Shown here: piece after piece, positions 55,527 through 64,000 of the stretch
Layout: the number at the start of each line of letters is the position of its first letter
Position numbering within the stretch: the first letter of the stretch is position 1
Origin: Geopsychrobacteraceae bacterium
Lineage (GTDB): Bacteria; Desulfobacterota; Desulfuromonadia; Desulfuromonadales; Geopsychrobacteraceae
Assembly: GCA_963662315.1 (NCBI GenBank)
Contig: OY759353.1
Coordinates: 3,712,001 to 3,776,000, forward strand
Direction: 5' to 3'
Length of the DNA: 64,000 bases
Translations under genes and position numbers: made by a program
Notes under the pieces: model-generated
The model's database searches: none
What the model was told of the DNA's origin: nothing
What the model saw: only the letters and a program-made list of their open reading frames with translations

Positions 55527-56792
55527 ATGTCTCAAAAGCTAAAACGAGGTTATCGAAAGCTGGGTTGGCAGGTTCTGGCCGTATTGGCAATTGCTCTGCT
55601 TCTTTGGGGCTGTGGTGGAGGAGGAGGAAGTAGTTATGATGAGCCGACGTCTACTCAAACGGCAACGCCACTGATTGAAGCCGCAACTTTGATGGACTGG
55701 TCCAAAGACGGGCTGGTGAATGATGATGGTTTTGAAAACGTCAGAATCCTGCAGGTCGGGACGAGTGACGAATATAATGCTGGCCATGTGCCGGGGGCAT
55801 ACCTCTGGAACAGCAGTTCGGAACTGGTTATGGCCAGTCGCTTGGACGGATTGGCTTTTGAGCCCACCAGTACGGTCCCCGAAGGTGCGATTCTGGATGC
55901 CATGCTGCAGCGCAGTGGTGTCGATTGTGACACGACTATTGTTATCAGTTACCCTTCAACCAAGAATATCTATTATGCCGCGCGGGCCTATTTTACCCTT
56001 CGTTACTGGGGTTTTGGCAAAGATAAAATCAAAGTACTCAATGGTGGTAACAACGGCTGGACTGATGCTGGCTATACCCTGACAACCGAAGCGACAGCGG
56101 AAAAGCCATCTGATTTCAGCGTTCGTGAAAATGGCAGCCTGGGAGCGGATCTCCATGTTTCCATGGGTGAGATGATTGCGGCGGTGGATGCCAACAACGC
56201 AAGTATAACTGCATCTAGTGAGCCCCAGATCAACATTATTCAGCAGACAACCGGCGCGCGTGTCATTGCGAACGCTATAGGACGCTCTTACGGATATTTT
56301 GCTGTCGGTGGCGTTACCACAGGCGGTTATTTTGTCACGCCAACAGAAGCCTTAGCCGCCTTGAAAGACAGTGACGGACCAGCCGATAATCTTACTCTTG
56401 GTGAATTTCATGAAGATTTGCCAAGTATTACTCATTGTGTATCCGGGATGAGCTGTACACCAATCTTTTTCGCTCTTGACGGTTTATTAGGGTTGGATGT
56501 CGCGGTGTTTGATGGTTCCGCCGGCGAATGGAATATCTATCGTGGCGATGCTGCAGGCAGTGACTCTTATATCAACGATGCCTGGAACGTTAACCTGAAC
56601 GGACGTTCCAATGACACCAGCACAGTCAACGCAAATCGCGCGACCCAGATTGATCCGCACCTTAATTTCATTTATCGGACCGTAACCGATTCCGATGCCA
56701 ACCAGATCGAAAAAGAAGACAGTGAATACATGGGATCAGGCACGAGTGATGGTCCAACGTCTCCTAACGATGTTGATCCAAGCGGATGCTAA
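55527..56792 (+). CDS. extH: Rhodanese-like lipoprotein (ExtH-like)
   Basis: Lipobox LWGC; GHVPGA, VLNGG, HCVSG, FDGS..EW; upstream of porin as in the Geobacter ext operon. Confidence 0.75.
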   Translation: MSQKLKRGYRKLGWQVLAVLAIALLLWGCGGGGGSSYDEPTSTQTATPLIEAATLMDWSKDGLVNDDGFENVRILQVGTSDEYNAGHVPGAYLWNSSSELVMASRLDGLAFEPTSTVPEGAILDAMLQRSGVDCDTTIVISYPSTKNIYYAARAYFTLRYWGFGKDKIKVLNGGNNGWTDAGYTLTTEATAEKPSDFSVRENGSLGADLHVSMGEMIAAVDANNASITASSEPQINIIQQTTGARVIANAIGRSYGYFAVGGVTTGGYFVTPTEALAALKDSDGPADNLTLGEFHEDLPSITHCVSGMSCTPIFFALDGLLGLDVAVFDGSAGEWNIYRGDAAGSDSYINDAWNVNLNGRSNDTSTVNANRATQIDPHLNFIYRTVTDSDANQIEKEDSEYMGSGTSDGPTSPNDVDPSGC

Positions 56793-56865
56793 TTGTTTGT
56801 CGACAGGTTGAGTATCGTCTGTGCGTGAAGCCAGATGGAATAGAGAATCTAAGGAGATGACATTT

Positions 56866-57990
56866 ATGAAGAGATATACGATGGCACGTTTGCTACTGGC
56901 AACCGTTGCGGTGTTTTGCCTGCTGGCAGGATCCGCCTTGGCTGGCCCGACCTGGACTTTTGGCCCTGATGATGAGGGACTGCTAAAAATTGATTACAAG
57001 GGGCAGTTTCAGTTGGTCAGTAGCGATGATGGCACTGATGATACGGTTGAATTTAATTTTCGGCGTAACCGCCTTGCTCTGATGGGGGCCTGGGAAGAAT
57101 CTTTCGGACTTTATGTTCAGACCGAGTACACTGAAGATAATGATTACGCAAGCAGCAACGGTGATAAATTTCAGCTGTTGGACGCGGTATTGCGTTTTAA
57201 AATTCATAATGCTGCAAACCTGTGGATGGGTAAATTCAAACATAACCTGACGCGGGAAAATCTGGAAGCGTGTGAAATGCCCCTGACTTTGGATCGCTCA
57301 GTCTGGCTTCGTGGGCCATACACCGCAACCCGCGACAAAGGGATTGCTTTATGGGGTAACCTGTTTAATGACATTTTCCAGTATCGTCTTGATGCCATGA
57401 ATGGCAGTGATGCATCCGATTCTGGACTGCGTTACAGTGCTCGTGTCCATGTTTCGTTACTCGACCCGGAAAACAGCTATGGTTACAAAGGGACTTACCT
57501 GGGCGAGAAAAAGGTTCTGACGATTGGCGCTGCATATCAGGCCGAAGCAGAAGTCGGGACGGTTAATGATGAGGCGTTCGATTACAGCGCCTGGACGGTT
57601 GATCTTTTTGCCGAATATCCCATTGATAATGTTGGTACCTTTACGTTGTCAGCAGCTTATGTTGATTATGACCTGGATGACGCTTATAAAACTGGAGGCG
57701 CAACTGGCGACCTGATCGGCGTCAATGGTCAGAAAAATGGTGGATATGTTAAAGCCGGTTACCTGCTGCCATCCCTCCCTCTGCAACTTTTTGCCCGCAC
57801 TGAAGGCTGGTCCTTTGCCAATCTGAATGGTGTGTACGACCAGGAAATTTCTGTTTTGGGTGTTGGTTTCAATTACTATCTGCGTGGCCAGAACCTGAAG
57901 GTAACGGTTGAGTACAACACCACCGAATACGACAAAGGTGGTGTCGACGACCTCGACAGGCTGGTTGCCCAGATGCAGGTCATTTTTTAA
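56866..57990 (+). CDS. extI: Outer-membrane porin (ExtI/phosphate-porin-like)
   Basis: Signal peptide, FRRNRLALMG, LTRENLEACEMPLTLDRS, terminal Phe. Confidence 0.8.
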   Translation: MKRYTMARLLLATVAVFCLLAGSALAGPTWTFGPDDEGLLKIDYKGQFQLVSSDDGTDDTVEFNFRRNRLALMGAWEESFGLYVQTEYTEDNDYASSNGDKFQLLDAVLRFKIHNAANLWMGKFKHNLTRENLEACEMPLTLDRSVWLRGPYTATRDKGIALWGNLFNDIFQYRLDAMNGSDASDSGLRYSARVHVSLLDPENSYGYKGTYLGEKKVLTIGAAYQAEAEVGTVNDEAFDYSAWTVDLFAEYPIDNVGTFTLSAAYVDYDLDDAYKTGGATGDLIGVNGQKNGGYVKAGYLLPSLPLQLFARTEGWSFANLNGVYDQEISVLGVGFNYYLRGQNLKVTVEYNTTEYDKGGVDDLDRLVAQMQVIF

Positions 57991-58072
57991 ATCAGATACA
58001 TAAAATTTGCATTATGCCGGGAAGTATGGGGACTTCTCGGCTTTTTTACTCAGTCCTAGACAAGGAGTGGCT

Positions 58073-58303
58073 ATGAAAAAAACAACAAGTCTGATCGCCG
58101 TTCTGGTATTCGCTTTGAGTATTGCCGGTAGCGCTTGTGCAGAAGATTATAAAGGGAAAGTTGAAAAAGTTGACGGTAAGCTGATCACCATCAAGATCAC
58201 CAAAGGGAAAGCTTCTGATTTTGAAGTCGGTGACAAGGTCATGATTGAAACAAAGGATGATAAGCCGAAGAAAAAAGGTGGCGTTACGTTGCAAGGTTGT
58301 TAA
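58073..58303 (+). CDS. extJ: Small exported protein ending LQGC (ExtJ-like)
   Basis: Signal peptide; RBS AAGGAG; C-terminal LQGC; follows porin. Confidence 0.7.
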   Translation: MKKTTSLIAVLVFALSIAGSACAEDYKGKVEKVDGKLITIKITKGKASDFEVGDKVMIETKDDKPKKKGGVTLQGC

Positions 58304-58341
58304 TGCACATTTTTTAACCCTTTATCTGACGAGTGTTGTCT

Positions 58342-58938
58342 ATGCCTGCTGTCGGTGGGATGCAAAACCAGCAATACTGCACCGCAATGGCTCGGCTGTA
58401 TCGCTTGCTTGCCAAAGCGGTAAACTATCCGGAGCGTACCTGGCTGACCCGGGACTACTGGAAGACGCTTGCCCTGACCTGGGCTGAAATCTCAGCCGGG
58501 CAAATGACTGTTCATCTGCCGGATTACCCGCAGGATGAACAGTCGTTTGAGGCGCTTCAGGTCGAATATACCCGTCTGTTTATTAATGCGATCCCTCATG
58601 TTGTGGCTCCTATGTATGGCTCGGTTTATCTTGAACCCGACGCAGTGCTGTATGGCAGCAGTGCGGAACAGGTCAAGGCTTTTTATCAGCAATGTGATTT
58701 CAGCCTGAACGGGGCAGGTGATATTCCGGATTTTTTGGGGACCGAGTTGAAATTTCTGGCCCTGCTGATGGATGAGGAGCGTGAAGATGATGTCGAACGA
58801 TTTCTGTCTCAGCATTTTCGCCCCTGGTTCAAACTGTTCAAGCAACGCGTCACCACTGCCGCTCAGCATCCATACTTTTTAGTGCTGATTCACCTGATCA
58901 ACTTTTTTACTAAGGAGGAAATGGCTCATGGCAATTAA
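58342..58938 (+). CDS. TorD/DmsD-family molybdoenzyme chaperone
   Basis: EYTRLF, PMYGSVY, PDFLGTELKFL; start uncertain. Confidence 0.88.
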   Translation: MPAVGGMQNQQYCTAMARLYRLLAKAVNYPERTWLTRDYWKTLALTWAEISAGQMTVHLPDYPQDEQSFEALQVEYTRLFINAIPHVVAPMYGSVYLEPDAVLYGSSAEQVKAFYQQCDFSLNGAGDIPDFLGTELKFLALLMDEEREDDVERFLSQHFRPWFKLFKQRVTTAAQHPYFLVLIHLINFFTKEEMAHGN

Positions 58939-61168
58939 AATGACCCGGCGCAGATTTTTGCAATCCACGACCTGTGCAGCTGCAGTTCTTCCTTTTGCGG
59001 GTCTGGTTCAAGCCGATGATACGTTTGTCAAAGTTCCGTATGCAGCTCCTGGCAGTCTGGCTGGAACCCAAACCGTGACGGGGGGTGTTTGTGAAATGTG
59101 CTTCTGGCGCTGTCAGATCGTTGGCAAGGTCAGAAATGGACGTTTGCTGAAACTTGAAGGAAACCCTAAAAGTATCGACAACGGCAAAAGTATCTGTGCT
59201 CGTGGTAACGCCGGGGTCAAACTGCTGTATGATCCGGATCGTTTGAAGTTCCCGCTGAAAAATGTCGGCAAACGCGGTGCCCCGCAGTGGAAACGGATCT
59301 CCTGGGAGCAGGCTCTCGATGAATGCGCGCAAAAGCTTAAGGGCACTATCGACTCTTATGGTCCCCAGGGCATCGCTATTTTCCCCCACGGGTCATCGGC
59401 CAAGTATCCGATGACATTTTTTGAAGATGTTGTCGGGACGCCGAACAATTCAGAAGCTTCCTTCTTTCAGTGTCGTGGTGCGCGTGATACCGCTTATCTG
59501 GCAACACTGGGAGTTCCGGCGGGTGAACATGTCGACATGTCTAATGCCAAGGTGATCTTTTTACTGGGAAGCCACCTGGGTGAAAATGTTCACGTATCTC
59601 ACCTGAAGCGCTATCTCAAAGGGTTAGAAAACGGTGCCAAGCTGATTGCTGTTGATCCGCGTTTTTCTGCGGCAGCAGCCAAGGCTGACATCTGGGTTCA
59701 GATCAAGCCGGGAACCGATATCGCATTCTTGCTGGCGATCATGAACTATCTGGCGGTGAATGAAAAATACAATGTTGAGTATGTCGATGATAATGGCGAT
59801 GGTTTTGATGATTTCTGTGAAGGGATTGCTCACGCCACTCTCGAATGGGCTGCGGGGATCTGCGATATTCCAGCCAAACAGATCAAGCAGGTTGCTGATC
59901 TGCTTGCTGACAATTCTCCCAACGTCTCAATCCACCCCGGCCGCCACACTAGCTGGTATGGCAACGATTTTCAGCGTGAGCGGGCGATGGCCTGCCTGAC
60001 CGGTATGCTGGGTGCTATCGGCAGTGTCGGTGGTTTCGTGCGTCCGATTGGTCCCAAAACCGGTAAGTTCGGTTGGCCGCATCCGATGAAAGAACACGCC
60101 GAGGAGCATGCCTTGCACCGCATGGCTGGTGTCCATAAGTTCGCTCCCCCGGGGACTCCGACCGATCTGATTCGTAACGCTGCCGTCAGTGGCAAGCCCT
60201 ATCCCATTAAGAGCTGCGTTATCTGGGGACAAAACCCGCTTCAGACTATCCCCAATCAGGCTTTGACCATCAAAATGCTGCAGCATATGGATTTCGTCAT
60301 GGTCTGCGACATCATGCCGACTGATATCACCATGTATGCTGATATCCTGTTGCCCGAGGTTTCCTACCTGGAGCGCTACGATCATATTCAGAAAGGCACG
60401 CAGTGGGACTTTGCCGCTGAACATCAGCAGTATATTGCGCCAAGGATGCCATTGGTGTCACCGACTGCGGCCGATCATGAGCGCAAAGACTCGGTCTGGA
60501 TTACCAACGAGCTGGCCAAGCGTCTCGGGTATGCCGAGCATATCCCGGCACAAAGCGCGGAAGAGATGGTCGATATTATACTTAAAGGGGCTGACTTGTC
60601 CTTGGCCAGCGTTCGCAAGGAGGAGGGCATTCATATCCAGGAGGGTGAAGATCCCTACGATACCGAACTGGATGTTGTCTTTTACAGTGATGCGCTGGAA
60701 GAAGCTGGTTTCCCACCAATTCCGAAATATACTCCGGTTCCGGAACCGCCGCCCGGCTATGCCCGGCTGGTTTATGGGCGTTTACCGACCCATACCTTTA
60801 ACCGTACCCAGAACAATGCCTGGCTCCATAATGAATCACCTCGCAATCCTGTCTGGCTTAACGATAAATGTGCCAGAAAAATGGGCCTCAAAGACGGGGA
60901 TGAGGTGGAGCTGATCAATGCCGAAGGGATAAAGTCACGGACCTCGACCATTGTCAAAGTGACACCCGGTATTCGTGAGGATACGGTCTTTATGGCGCAT
61001 GGGTATGGCACCATGAATTCGGCAATGACCATCGGGTGTGGTGCCGGAGTGGATGATCAGAGTCTGATCAGCACCTTGTCAATTGATCCTGAGACCGGAA
61101 CACATGGTATGCGTAATGACTTTGTCCAGCTGATTAAGAATGGCAAGGTCATACCGGTTAAGGCCTGA
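58928..61168 (+). CDS. Molybdopterin oxidoreductase catalytic subunit, PsrA/PhsA/SrrA-like
   Basis: Tat signal TRRRFLQ, CEMCFWRC...CARG [4Fe-4S], FFQC candidate Mo ligand, ADILLPEVSYLER. Confidence 0.9.
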   Translation: MAIKMTRRRFLQSTTCAAAVLPFAGLVQADDTFVKVPYAAPGSLAGTQTVTGGVCEMCFWRCQIVGKVRNGRLLKLEGNPKSIDNGKSICARGNAGVKLLYDPDRLKFPLKNVGKRGAPQWKRISWEQALDECAQKLKGTIDSYGPQGIAIFPHGSSAKYPMTFFEDVVGTPNNSEASFFQCRGARDTAYLATLGVPAGEHVDMSNAKVIFLLGSHLGENVHVSHLKRYLKGLENGAKLIAVDPRFSAAAAKADIWVQIKPGTDIAFLLAIMNYLAVNEKYNVEYVDDNGDGFDDFCEGIAHATLEWAAGICDIPAKQIKQVADLLADNSPNVSIHPGRHTSWYGNDFQRERAMACLTGMLGAIGSVGGFVRPIGPKTGKFGWPHPMKEHAEEHALHRMAGVHKFAPPGTPTDLIRNAAVSGKPYPIKSCVIWGQNPLQTIPNQALTIKMLQHMDFVMVCDIMPTDITMYADILLPEVSYLERYDHIQKGTQWDFAAEHQQYIAPRMPLVSPTAADHERKDSVWITNELAKRLGYAEHIPAQSAEEMVDIILKGADLSLASVRKEEGIHIQEGEDPYDTELDVVFYSDALEEAGFPPIPKYTPVPEPPPGYARLVYGRLPTHTFNRTQNNAWLHNESPRNPVWLNDKCARKMGLKDGDEVELINAEGIKSRTSTIVKVTPGIREDTVFMAHGYGTMNSAMTIGCGAGVDDQSLISTLSIDPETGTHGMRNDFVQLIKNGKVIPVKA

Positions 61169-61209
61169 TAGCGTGCTATTAACACTTTGAAACGACATGG
61201 AGGAATCCA

Positions 61210-62025
61210 GTGAGCCAATATGGAATGATCATCGATCTCAACAAGTGTATCGGCTGCCATGCCTGTTCAATTGCCTGTCGGGCCGAATGGGAGGTACCCA
61301 CCGGCAAAGACTCTGAGGGGCGCCAGCAGCGGCGCAACTGGGTCGAGCGCCTGGGACCGAGCAGCACCCCTCAGGGGCTGGCTTATACCTATTATCCCGG
61401 CTTATGTAATCATTGTGATGAGCCTTCCTGTGTGGACGTCTGTCCGGCCGATACCGTGACCATGACTTTTACAGCCAAGGACGGTACGACCAAAACCATG
61501 GATGTTGCTGCGACCTGGAAGGATCCGTTTGATGGAACGGTGCAGATCGATAAAGAGCGTTGTATCGGTTGTGGTGCCTGTGCTGAAAGCTGCCCTTACA
61601 CTGCGCGCTATCTGAACGAAACGGGGGATGAACCAAAGGCGGACAAATGCTCATTCTGTGTTGAACGAGTCGCCTTGGGAGCCGAGCCTGCCTGTGTCCA
61701 GACCTGTTTGGCAGGAGCCCGAATCTTTGGTGAGGTGAATGATTCCGCATCGCAGGTTGCTGCATATATAAAAAATGGTGCAATCAGGCTGGAGTCGGAA
61801 GCCGTCAAAATTGGTCCTAATGTTCGCTATTTCGGCAGCAAGCGGGATCTCTACCTGCTTGACAAGACCGCAACGCCACAACAACTGGCCCAGGTTAATC
61901 AGCGTCGCCTGCTCATGGCTCAGATAGCGAAAAAAACGACACTCAGTTTTAAAGGTATGGGGCTCATAGGAATGGCCGGATTTCTTTTAGCGGACACTGA
62001 TAAAGATTCTGGTAGTAGAGATTAA
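61210..62025 (+). CDS. 4x[4Fe-4S] electron-transfer subunit (PsrB/NrfC-like)
   Basis: CIGCHACSIAC, CNHCDEPSCVDVCP, CIGCGACAESCPY, KCSFC...PACVQTC. Confidence 0.92.
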   Translation: MSQYGMIIDLNKCIGCHACSIACRAEWEVPTGKDSEGRQQRRNWVERLGPSSTPQGLAYTYYPGLCNHCDEPSCVDVCPADTVTMTFTAKDGTTKTMDVAATWKDPFDGTVQIDKERCIGCGACAESCPYTARYLNETGDEPKADKCSFCVERVALGAEPACVQTCLAGARIFGEVNDSASQVAAYIKNGAIRLESEAVKIGPNVRYFGSKRDLYLLDKTATPQQLAQVNQRRLLMAQIAKKTTLSFKGMGLIGMAGFLLADTDKDSGSRD

Positions 62026-62040
62026 CCTGTTTGTTTTGAT

Positions 62041-62082
62041 GGTCAAAAGTCACTCATCAATAGCAATGGGTGACTTTTGACC
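62041..62082 (+). terminator. Long hairpin after Fe-S subunit gene
   Basis: GGTCAAAAGTCAC / GTGACTTTTGACC, perfect 13-bp stem. Confidence 0.7.
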
Positions 62083-62227
62083 GTTTAATGGACTTACACG
62101 AATTGTCTTTGTTTTGCCCTGCATTATTCCATGCTACACTGTTTTCATTCCTGTCCTCATAATCATGAACCAGTAGCTGCCAATGTGTTTGACCGCTTCT
62201 CTGCCACGGTGAGATGACGATACGCTT

Positions 62228-64000
62228 ATGCGCCATTCAGGGTTAACTCTACTGTTTTTACTCTTGACCTGCCTGCTGGTGGTTGGCTGTCAGGCTCCAG
62301 TTGGTGATGGCTCGTCCTGCGCGCAATGCCATGTCGGTTTGGAAACTGTTTCGGATATTCATGGCCGCTGTGTCGACTGCCATGGCGGAGATCCGCAAGC
62401 TACGGCTGAAAAAGCCTCTCATCGCGGCATGTTCGGGCCGAAAAATCCTGCCGCTCCCGAATCCTGGGAAAAGACCTGTGGTCGTTGCCATCCCTATCAA
62501 CTGGACCGGGTTCGCGCCAATTTAATGTATACCAACACCGGTATCATCAATGGCGCCCAGGCGACCTGGGAGGGTATTGACGGTAACCTGTACGCAACGC
62601 GCCAGGAGGAATTGCCATCAGCAGTGGGGGAGCCTGTGAAGCTGAAACCGGTTGCGGAGTTGGATAACCTGGCTGGGGAACTTTACCGCAAGACCTGTTC
62701 CTTGTGTCATATCGGCAGTGACACCAATATCCTCTGGGCAGCGAGCCACGCATCTGGATGCGGGGCCTGTCATTTCCCTTACAACGACAATGCCACCTAT
62801 CAGGGGGGGGATCAAACCGTTAAAGGGGACTGGCCTCATTCGGCAAGTCATAAAATGGAAAATCTGCCTGATAACAAGGTCTGTGCGCGTTGTCACAGCC
62901 GCAGCGGGCGAATTGCCCTGAGCTATGAAGGGCGTAATGACGGGAATAACAGTCTGGTCCCAACCCGAAACGGGGATATCGGTCCTGACATTGTCAGTGG
63001 CCCACGCAACCTGACTCGTATTTCCGCAGATATCCACCATGACAAGGGCCTTGAATGTATCGATTGCCATACCTCTCGGGATATAATGGGGGATGGCTAT
63101 GCTTATGAACATCTTTATCAGCAGGTTGAAGTTTCCTGCCAAGACTGCCATGGCGCGGCAACCGCGTTTCCTGCAAGCGAAAAAATTGCGCGGGAGAATG
63201 ATGAGGTCTTACGGGAATCGGCATATTACCCGCGCCAGATGCGTCAGGGCGATGCCATGGTTCTGACCGCCAAAGGGCGCAAGTACGCCAATGTGTTTGT
63301 CTCTGAAGAGAAGGTCTGGGTGCAGGGAAAACGTTCTGGTAAGCTGCATGAAAGTAAGGTCATCACTGCAACTCCGGAACATACGATCAAAGGGCATGAG
63401 CGTTTGGAATGCTATACATGTCATTCCCGTTCTGTGGCTCAGTGCTATGGATGCCACACCGAATATGACCAGCGTCAAGAGAGTACCGACTATATTAAAA
63501 ATAAGAAAACTCCGGGTAAGTTCACCGAAACCGAGGATTACCGCACCCTGTATCCGTTTCCGCTGGCGTTAAATCAACGTGGCCGGATTTCACCGGTGAC
63601 ACCAGGCTGTCAGACGTTTGTTTCGGTGATCAACCCACAGGGGGAGAAAGTTGCCGATGAATATGTGGCGGTTTATAAAGGTAAGCCGCAACTGCGCTTT
63701 GCGCCGTTTTTCGGGCATAATGTCGGGGGCAGAGCCATCGGCTGCCGTGAGTGTCATGCAAACCCGGCTTTTCTGGGTTTTGGGCAGCATGTCAGTGCCG
63801 GGAACAATATTGAAGCAACCCTGCTGTGTGAAAAATCTGACAGTAAACCGCTGGATGGCTTTATCACCATGACCGCAGGTCAGGTTAAGGCTTTTTCGGC
63901 CATTACGAGGGATAATTCCAGACCACTGAATACCGCAGAGGTCAGGAAAGTTTTGGCTGTCAATTTGTGTCTTGTTTGTCACGATAACCCTAAAGATCCG
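62228..64000 (+). CDS. Multiheme c-type cytochrome lipoprotein (ExtM-like), truncated by window edge
   Basis: Not in ORF track. ATG 62228, lipobox VVGC, 12 CxxCH motifs counted (CAQCH, CVDCH, CGRCH, CSLCH, CGACH, CARCH, CIDCH, CQDCH, CYTCH, CYGCH, CRECH, CLVCH). Confidence 0.88.
   Translation, partial: MRHSGLTLLFLLLTCLLVVGCQAPVGDGSSCAQCHVGLETVSDIHGRCVDCHGGDPQATAEKASHRGMFGPKNPAAPESWEKTCGRCHPYQLDRVRANLMYTNTGIINGAQATWEGIDGNLYATRQEELPSAVGEPVKLKPVAELDNLAGELYRKTCSLCHIGSDTNILWAASHASGCGACHFPYNDNATYQGGDQTVKGDWPHSASHKMENLPDNKVCARCHSRSGRIALSYEGRNDGNNSLVPTRNGDIGPDIVSGPRNLTRISADIHHDKGLECIDCHTSRDIMGDGYAYEHLYQQVEVSCQDCHGAATAFPASEKIARENDEVLRESAYYPRQMRQGDAMVLTAKGRKYANVFVSEEKVWVQGKRSGKLHESKVITATPEHTIKGHERLECYTCHSRSVAQCYGCHTEYDQRQESTDYIKNKKTPGKFTETEDYRTLYPFPLALNQRGRISPVTPGCQTFVSVINPQGEKVADEYVAVYKGKPQLRFAPFFGHNVGGRAIGCRECHANPAFLGFGQHVSAGNNIEATLLCEKSDSKPLDGFITMTAGQVKAFSAITRDNSRPLNTAEVRKVLAVNLCLVCHDNPKDP

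Noticed and set aside
56784..61171. Selenocysteine read-through in the Ext/Psr genes
   Set aside because: The Gly-Cys-ending genes stop at TAA; the molybdoenzyme TGA is followed directly by TAG and the protein appears complete.
62258..63982. Short ORFs listed in the track at the right end
   Set aside because: Explained by one open multiheme cytochrome frame from 62228 to the window edge.
1..64000. CRISPR array
   Set aside because: No regularly spaced repeat-spacer series or cas gene noticed.

Overview
The window has three parts. (1) 1-28102 is the right-hand portion of a temperate prophage, almost all on the minus strand. It has a short-tailed (podovirus, BPP-1/epsilon15-like) virion module: portal, scaffold, major capsid, cement, tail adaptor and nozzle, and ejected internal proteins. 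It also has a Mor-type activator, a C39-like peptidase, a second internal tyrosine recombinase, a small HTH replication protein beside a DnaA-box region, a repressor/Cro-type switch and a terminal integrase. (2) 28058-34961 is a 6.86-kb integrative element (integrase, Xre, excisionase-like protein, Rep_trans initiator, MarR, SF1 helicase). It lies between two copies of the 3' half of tRNA-Phe(GAA), so both elements integrated in tandem at one tRNA, whose intact copy should lie left of the window. (3) 35.0-64.0 kb is host chromosome, probably Desulfuromonadales (inferred from gene content). It carries an M3 peptidase lipoprotein, YczE, AraC/EamA, PilZ, a type II secretion cluster (gspA-N) and an Ext-like rhodanese/porin operon joined to a Psr/Phs-type molybdoenzyme and a multiheme cytochrome. 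The most striking observations are: a shared N-terminal leader motif (P-x-[VI]-x-D-L-x-A-R-[DG]-[GD]) on three phage head proteins, with a candidate phage-encoded leader peptidase; a switch-like structured RNA in front of a small accessory gene in the head operon; the Rep_trans/helicase satellite-like element; and the extra recombinase with no terminase next to the portal. All functional calls come from motif recognition by eye; no searches were run.
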